A stretch of 34,738 bases of DNA, taken from the NCBI GenBank assembly GCA_050331735.1, contig JBHJGN010000065.1, forward strand, positions 1 through 34,738. The letters are read 5' to 3'. The notes beneath the pieces were generated by a model. The model searched no databases, had not been told where the DNA came from, and saw only the letters and a list, made by a program, of their open reading frames with translations. This DNA comes from Cyanophyceae cyanobacterium (GTDB lineage: Bacteria > Cyanobacteriota > Cyanobacteriia > Cyanobacteriales > JBHJGN01). Shown here one piece after another: positions 29,778 to 34,738 of this stretch (within the stretch, counting starts at the first letter, position 1; each line of letters opens with the position of its first letter). The position numbers were made by a program, and so were the translations under genes.

Positions 29778-30144
29778 TATTACCCCAACTCACCGAGAGG
29801 AAATTTGGCCTGTATAAAAGCGCGAAACTTAATCTAATTTTAACAAAAGTTAAGCTTTAGCCAGATTGGAAAACAAAATAGGTGCAATTAGATTTGTGCA
29901 AGCAAGGCGCGATCGCTTTTCAGACTTTACTCGAATTGATAGGGGTTAAACCTTGGTAAAGAGACGTGTCAGAAACAGCGGGCTCGATCGCATTGAGTTA
30001 ACAAAACAAGACCAACAAAAAAGTGATGATTTTCCTCAAACAATAAATTGACGAAGGTTCAAGCAGATTCTTAAACTAAACTGCGAACGGTATAGTTGCT
30101 AAAAATAGCAAAATTCGGGTATTCCGGCATTTAAGGGGGAAAGA

Positions 30145-30747
30145 ATGATGTGGCGAACACTATTGATTAGCTGTATTAGCGTAGGAACCTTCGTTTCCAG
30201 TTTGGCTGCTGCCCATGCTGCTGAGTTGACCTATAATTTTTCAGGAAACTTTGCCGAAGAGGGCAGTTTTTTCGGCAGCTTCTCTTACGATACAGAGGCA
30301 GAAAACCAAGCCCCGCTGGAAGGGACTGGGATTTTTGCCCTGCTTGATTTCGAGGTCTTTGTCGATGATGTGCTGTTGCTATCCTCAGAACAAGCAGAAG
30401 GAACGATCGCTCGCTACAGCTTTACGGATGTTGTCACCCTCGAATTTGGAGCAACAGTCGGTATTCCAGAAGCGCCACCGCCAACGGGATTTTTGCTAGA
30501 ACTAGCCGGAGTCGGCGGCAACATTAATGAGCCACCAAGGTCTTTGGCGACCACCGATAACGTCGAAGTTGTGAATGGCTTTGCGACTTCTGAAACCTTC
30601 ACAGGAAGCGTCAACCCAAACGAAACGGTAATTACGCTAGCATCGGAGTCTGGGGCAGATACCTCTGAATCGATTCCAGAACCCTCGACTGTTCTTGGCT
30701 TGGTTCTTGTTGGTTTCGGTTGTGCTCATCCCAGAAGACGGAGTTAG
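30145..30747 (+). CDS. PEP-CTERM exported protein
   Basis: Signal peptide ending AAHA. C-terminal IPEPSTVLGLVLVGFG followed by RRRS. Confidence 0.85.
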   Translation: MMWRTLLISCISVGTFVSSLAAAHAAELTYNFSGNFAEEGSFFGSFSYDTEAENQAPLEGTGIFALLDFEVFVDDVLLLSSEQAEGTIARYSFTDVVTLEFGATVGIPEAPPPTGFLLELAGVGGNINEPPRSLATTDNVEVVNGFATSETFTGSVNPNETVITLASESGADTSESIPEPSTVLGLVLVGFGCAHPRRRS

Positions 30748-30768
30748 CAAACGGGAGCGGTGATCGCC

Positions 30769-31020
30769 TTATCCCAAAATCGAGCTAATATACTGGGCCA
30801 GTTCGGTAAGATTAGCGGCATCGTTGCAGTATTGCTCTGCTTGGGGCCGTCCCATGCCCAAATCCTGCAAAAAGCCAACCATACAGTTGTACATCGTCAC
30901 CTCAGCTAAGTGTTGCTGTTCGCCGCCGATAGTTTGGTAGTGCAGGTACTCTTGCGATCGCAGCTTCAGTTCGTAATAAGTAGAATTGACTGTCAACCTG
31001 CTCAATATTGATAATTCCAT
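30769..31020 (-). CDS. Small hypothetical protein
   Basis: ORF directly downstream of the P450 on the same strand. No recognised motif. Confidence 0.55.
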   Translation of the reverse strand: MELSILSRLTVNSTYYELKLRSQEYLHYQTIGGEQQHLAEVTMYNCMVGFLQDLGMGRPQAEQYCNDAANLTELAQYISSILG

Positions 31021-31062
31021 TGAACTGCCCAAGCTAAATTAATAGAACTAGAGAAAAATTTG

Positions 31063-32535
31063 CTACTGAGGCAAATCGACCATTTCTCGTATGTTTCCCG
31101 TTACGCCCCCAACTCCCCGGTGAAATTGACGATCTTGTTGATGCACCATCATCGGCAACCCGAATTTAGGTTTGATAGAAATAAAGCCAGAACGCACTAC
31201 GGGGCGCTGTGGCAAAAACTCTAGTCGGAAGCGTTGTAACATCATAGCGACAACTAGCTTGATCTCCATCATGGCAAAAGCCGCTCCAATACAGGTTCGC
31301 GGTCCAGCGCTAAAAGGATTGTACTCATAGTTGTTAGGAGTAATAGTCTCCCAGCGCTCCGGCTTGAACGATTGCGGATCGGCATAAATGGTGCTGAGGT
31401 GATGAGTATGGTAAATGCTCACAAATACCTCGGTTCCTTTGGCTAGAGGATACCCCTCTAATTCTGTTGCTTGTGCTACGACCCGTCCATTCCAAGGCAC
31501 AGAAGGCAACACCCGCATCGCCTCTTTAATCGCTCGCTCCAGCAACGGTAAGTGCTGTAGTTGTTCTACCGAGGGAGGAGCACCGTTGAGTATACTTAAT
31601 TCGTCTACCAGGTCGGCGGCGACGGAGGGATGCTGTGAAAGTAAGAAGAAAAGCCAGGTCAGGGCGTTTGCGGTCGTTTCATGTCCAGCAGCAAAAATGA
31701 CTCCAGTATGCCCAATAATTTCATCTTCTGTTAACGTTAAACCACTGTCTTCATCGCGAGCTTGAAGCAACATTGATAGGAGATCGTCCTCATCAGTCGT
31801 TCTTTTATCAGCAATAATCTTTCTGATCTTCTCTTCAAACTGAGCGAGGAGGTTAAGGTATTGATGAAACGATAATCCAGGAATGTCTAAAGTCAATCCC
31901 GTTGCTCGTCGGTTCAAAATTTGCTGTAAGATTTCTCCGGCTGTTAGATCTGTCGTTTCAATATCTTCTCCAAACAGCGTTTTAGTGGCGATGCGCAGCG
32001 TTAGTCTTTGCATGAACTGATTGAGTTCAAGTACCTGATTCCGCGATACGCGATTCAGTTCGGACTGCACAATCGCCACCATCGCGTTTCGATAGGAGTT
32101 AATCTTTTGCTGATGAAAGGCAGGCATCATCAGCTTGCGGTGTTGCAGATGGGTGTCTTCATTAACGCCAAATAGTCCGACGGTAAATCGTCTCAGCGGT
32201 TCTGTGCGCGGAGATGCGTCCTTAAGGCGATACAGTCGTCCGGTAAGGGGGTGTTTGTGATAGATATTGTGCTGAAGCGTCACCTGGCGAACGACTTCCG
32301 GTCCATAGGCGACGACAGACCCCGGACAGTGAGCATCAGAGGAATAGAGATTAGTCCCGCCTCCTGCGGCTAGAGAGGCAACGGAACCGTACTCCTGAAA
32401 AAGCTGGCTGCTGTAGCCAATTGAATCTTGAGCAAACTGAAGACTGTTAAGCATCCGCCCGATGAGCGGCAAAGGTCGGGGGCCGGGAACCGACCACTGC
32501 GAGGCTGCCGTTATCTCTTTTTTACTCTGCATCAT
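31063..32535 (-). CDS. Cytochrome P450
   Basis: AGHETT, EAMR, PERW and FSAGPRTCIG haem-thiolate motif. Confidence 0.96.
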   Translation of the reverse strand: MMQSKKEITAASQWSVPGPRPLPLIGRMLNSLQFAQDSIGYSSQLFQEYGSVASLAAGGGTNLYSSDAHCPGSVVAYGPEVVRQVTLQHNIYHKHPLTGRLYRLKDASPRTEPLRRFTVGLFGVNEDTHLQHRKLMMPAFHQQKINSYRNAMVAIVQSELNRVSRNQVLELNQFMQRLTLRIATKTLFGEDIETTDLTAGEILQQILNRRATGLTLDIPGLSFHQYLNLLAQFEEKIRKIIADKRTTDEDDLLSMLLQARDEDSGLTLTEDEIIGHTGVIFAAGHETTANALTWLFFLLSQHPSVAADLVDELSILNGAPPSVEQLQHLPLLERAIKEAMRVLPSVPWNGRVVAQATELEGYPLAKGTEVFVSIYHTHHLSTIYADPQSFKPERWETITPNNYEYNPFSAGPRTCIGAAFAMMEIKLVVAMMLQRFRLEFLPQRPVVRSGFISIKPKFGLPMMVHQQDRQFHRGVGGVTGNIREMVDLPQ

Positions 32536-32564
32536 ACGTGCGTGGTCAAAAACTTAAGGAGGAT

Positions 32565-33155
32565 TCAATCTACCTCTTTTACTCGACTCCATAATGCCAG
32601 TCCGCCTCCTCTGCCTCTAGCGGCGATCGCCCCTTCACTCACGTAGAAATAAGCAAAAAACGCCTGCTGACCAATTTTATCGGTATAAAAGCTTTCTTCT
32701 TTCGCTTTTCCGGATCTGATGTAGCCGTCATAAAGCGTAGCGCCAAGGAATTTTAGAGTCATTCTAGTAAAGTCAAACGCTAGGATGTTCTTGGGCGATA
32801 CAAATCTCACCGGTCCTGTTAATGATAGCTGTAGGGCTAAAAGTTTGACGCAGTTTTCTACTCGGCCACGCTCGGGAGACGAAAGATTAGCAGAGGAGTA
32901 GCTGAGGGAAATTCTTAAAAACTGAGGAAGGTAGCGCCCGCTTCCTAGAACAACTCCTGCCCTTTCTTGACTCTTCTTAGTTCCCGTCACAAAACGCAGT
33001 CGCCACGTACCGAGCAACTGCTCAAAAGAGTAACTAATTTTTTGCTTTTTAGCTTCTTTTTCAACGGCTAGTAAAGCAGCCACTAGCGATGCTGGAGAGG
33101 GCACCGTTTTTTGGCTTAAAGATGAAGCGGCTTGTTCTAGTACAACGCTTTCCAT
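32565..33155 (-). CDS. Cyanobacterial hypothetical protein (fibrillin/lipocalin-like features)
   Basis: LLGTWRLRF and C-terminal ARGRGGGLALW resemble PAP-fibrillin-like proteins. Confidence 0.65.
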   Translation of the reverse strand: MESVVLEQAASSLSQKTVPSPASLVAALLAVEKEAKKQKISYSFEQLLGTWRLRFVTGTKKSQERAGVVLGSGRYLPQFLRISLSYSSANLSSPERGRVENCVKLLALQLSLTGPVRFVSPKNILAFDFTRMTLKFLGATLYDGYIRSGKAKEESFYTDKIGQQAFFAYFYVSEGAIAARGRGGGLALWSRVKEVD

Positions 33156-33212
33156 AATTTAGTCGATCGCTCTTTAGACAGTCCTTGAAGCAAGCAGCAT
33201 GATTGATATGCT

Positions 33213-33464
33213 CTAATCCTGATTATCTGACTTGAAGCGCCCTTCCACAAATCCTCGTTGCTGAAGGTGCTTTGTTTTTCGCCCCGTCACTCTTTTTCGC
33301 CACATCCGAAAGCTGGAGGGCTTCATTTCCCGACGCATAAGCGTAATCACCTGCTGTTCGTTCAGATCGAACTGAGCTTCAATGGCCTCAAACGGAGTGC
33401 GGTCTTCCCAGGCCATTTCTATGATACGGTCGATGCTAATCGGATCTAGGTCTGGTAGTTTCAT
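33213..33464 (-). CDS. TIGR03643/DUF2805-like protein
   Basis: IDRIIEMAWEDRTPFEAI...SSFRMWRKRVTGRKTKH. Start at ATG 33464. Confidence 0.85.
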   Translation of the reverse strand: MKLPDLDPISIDRIIEMAWEDRTPFEAIEAQFDLNEQQVITLMRREMKPSSFRMWRKRVTGRKTKHLQQRGFVEGRFKSDNQD

Positions 33465-33574
33465 TGGCGCTGAGCTTATATCTAACGTTGCCAGGCGATC
33501 GCACAACCGCTCACATCGACTCTTCCAAACTATTATAAGATCTAGAAAAATCAGAAATTAGCTTTTAATAAGCC

Positions 33575-34474
33575 ATGTCTAGTATCGTTCAGCGTCTCTC
33601 CCCCCACATCAAAGATCTAGGCGGCTTTAAAGCTCGGCGCTGCTTGCCTAACGACCAGCGACAGATGGTTGGTCCCTTCATCTTTTTCGACCATCTCGGT
33701 CCGGCTCATTTTCCCAAAGGCGAAGGCATCGATGTTAGACCGCACCCTCATATCAATCTTGCTACCGTCACCTACCTGTTTGAGGGAGTGCTGCTGCACC
33801 GCGATAGTTTAGGGACCGTTCAGGAGATTTATCCCGGGGCGGTTAACTGGATGACAGCAGGACGCGGCATTGTTCATTCTGAGCGATCGCCTGAGCGAGA
33901 TCGCTCTTCAGACGCTATTCTCCACGCCATTCAAACCTGGGTAGCCCTCCCTAGTGAGCAGGAAGAAACCGACCCCTGGTTCAGCCATTATTCAGCGGCA
34001 GACATTCCTTCCTGGGAAGAGGACGGTGTATCCGTAACACTCATTGCCGGGGAAGGCTTTGGGCGCTCTTCACCGGTTAAAACGCTCTCGCCGATTATCT
34101 ATTTGGACCTAGTATTTCAGAGCGATACTCAGCTTACTCTTCCTGCTAACTATAGCGAACAGGCCGTGTATAGCCTTGATGAAGGATTGAGCATTGACGG
34201 TATTCCCCTAGAGCCGTTCCAGCTAGCGGTGCTGGCCGCCCACTCCGTCAAGCTTTCCGCTAACGCACCAGTCCGCTGTGTTGTGGTCGGAGGTGAACCG
34301 GTAGGCGATCGCCTCAAGTGGTGGAATTTTGTCTCCAGCAGCGCAGAACGCATTGAGCAGGCGAAACAAGATTGGCAGGAAGGTCGCTTTAGCCCCGTTC
34401 CAGAGGAGACGGAATTTATCCCCCTACCCGAGAGAACCGACGATAAGCCGTTTGAGGTGCAGCCCTTGAGTTAG
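33575..34474 (+). CDS. Pirin-family protein
   Basis: GPFIFFDH, PHPHINLATVTY, NWMTAGRGIVHSE and WWNFVSS. Confidence 0.95.
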   Translation: MSSIVQRLSPHIKDLGGFKARRCLPNDQRQMVGPFIFFDHLGPAHFPKGEGIDVRPHPHINLATVTYLFEGVLLHRDSLGTVQEIYPGAVNWMTAGRGIVHSERSPERDRSSDAILHAIQTWVALPSEQEETDPWFSHYSAADIPSWEEDGVSVTLIAGEGFGRSSPVKTLSPIIYLDLVFQSDTQLTLPANYSEQAVYSLDEGLSIDGIPLEPFQLAVLAAHSVKLSANAPVRCVVVGGEPVGDRLKWWNFVSSSAERIEQAKQDWQEGRFSPVPEETEFIPLPERTDDKPFEVQPLS

Positions 34475-34483
34475 CTAATCGCG

Positions 34484-34738
34484 GGGAAGCGCCGCTCCGT
34501 CATCTTTGATGTTTGAGTCGGGATGAGGAGCGGCGACCGACCGGGAGAAATTCTAGGGAATTAAATTATTTGCCTAGAATTAGGGTAGAATCAAGTCATG
34601 TTCACCATGACGTACCAGTACCGGCTCTACCCAAGCCTGGAACAAGAGGCAACAATGGTTTCTTGGTTGGAGACTTGCCGAAAAGTCTATAACGATGCCT
34701 TGGGGGAACGAAAGGACTGGATTAAGTCGAGGAAAACG
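34484..34738 (+). mobile_element. tnpB: IS200/IS605-family element: putative left-end hairpin and TnpB 5' end (runs off the window)
   Basis: ORF from ATG 34598: MFTMTYQYRLYPSLEQEATMVSWLETCRKVYNDALGERKDWIKSRK (TnpB HTH). Upstream stem CGCCGCTCC(34490-98)...GGAGCGGCG(34527-35). Confidence 0.82.

Overview
Cyanobacterial DNA, judged from frequent HIP1 octamers (GCGATCGC) and a PEP-CTERM protein. The first ~12 kb is a decaying defence island: a class 1 DISARM-like locus (drmD-like helicase 3' end, drmMI-like N6-adenine methyltransferase, drmA-like helicase, drmB-like gene). Every core gene is broken by frameshifts, internal deletions or IS-bounded truncation. Two apparently intact toxin-antitoxin pairs (Phd-like/PIN and MNT/HEPN) and a small orphan ORF sit in the middle of it. 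TnpB, IS1634 and ISAs1 remnants flank the island. The most novel signal is a family of tiny mobile-like hairpin elements: a 43-45 bp element with covarying stems (3 full copies and 1 half copy within 8 kb, two inserted in frame in genes), plus a separate 27 bp in-frame insert that splits a HIP1 site. From 12.4 kb on there is an accessory stress/redox/efflux region: RND pump with DoxX, a two-component pair, NDH-2, LysR divergent from a cytochrome P460/c'-beta-like gene with an in-frame TAG just before its CxxCH, a beta-propeller protein, a Tat-signal SDR, Crp, an aldo-keto reductase, AraC, PEP-CTERM, P450, a TIGR03643-like protein, pirin, and the start of a TnpB element. All family assignments come from motif recognition by eye; no database search was run.
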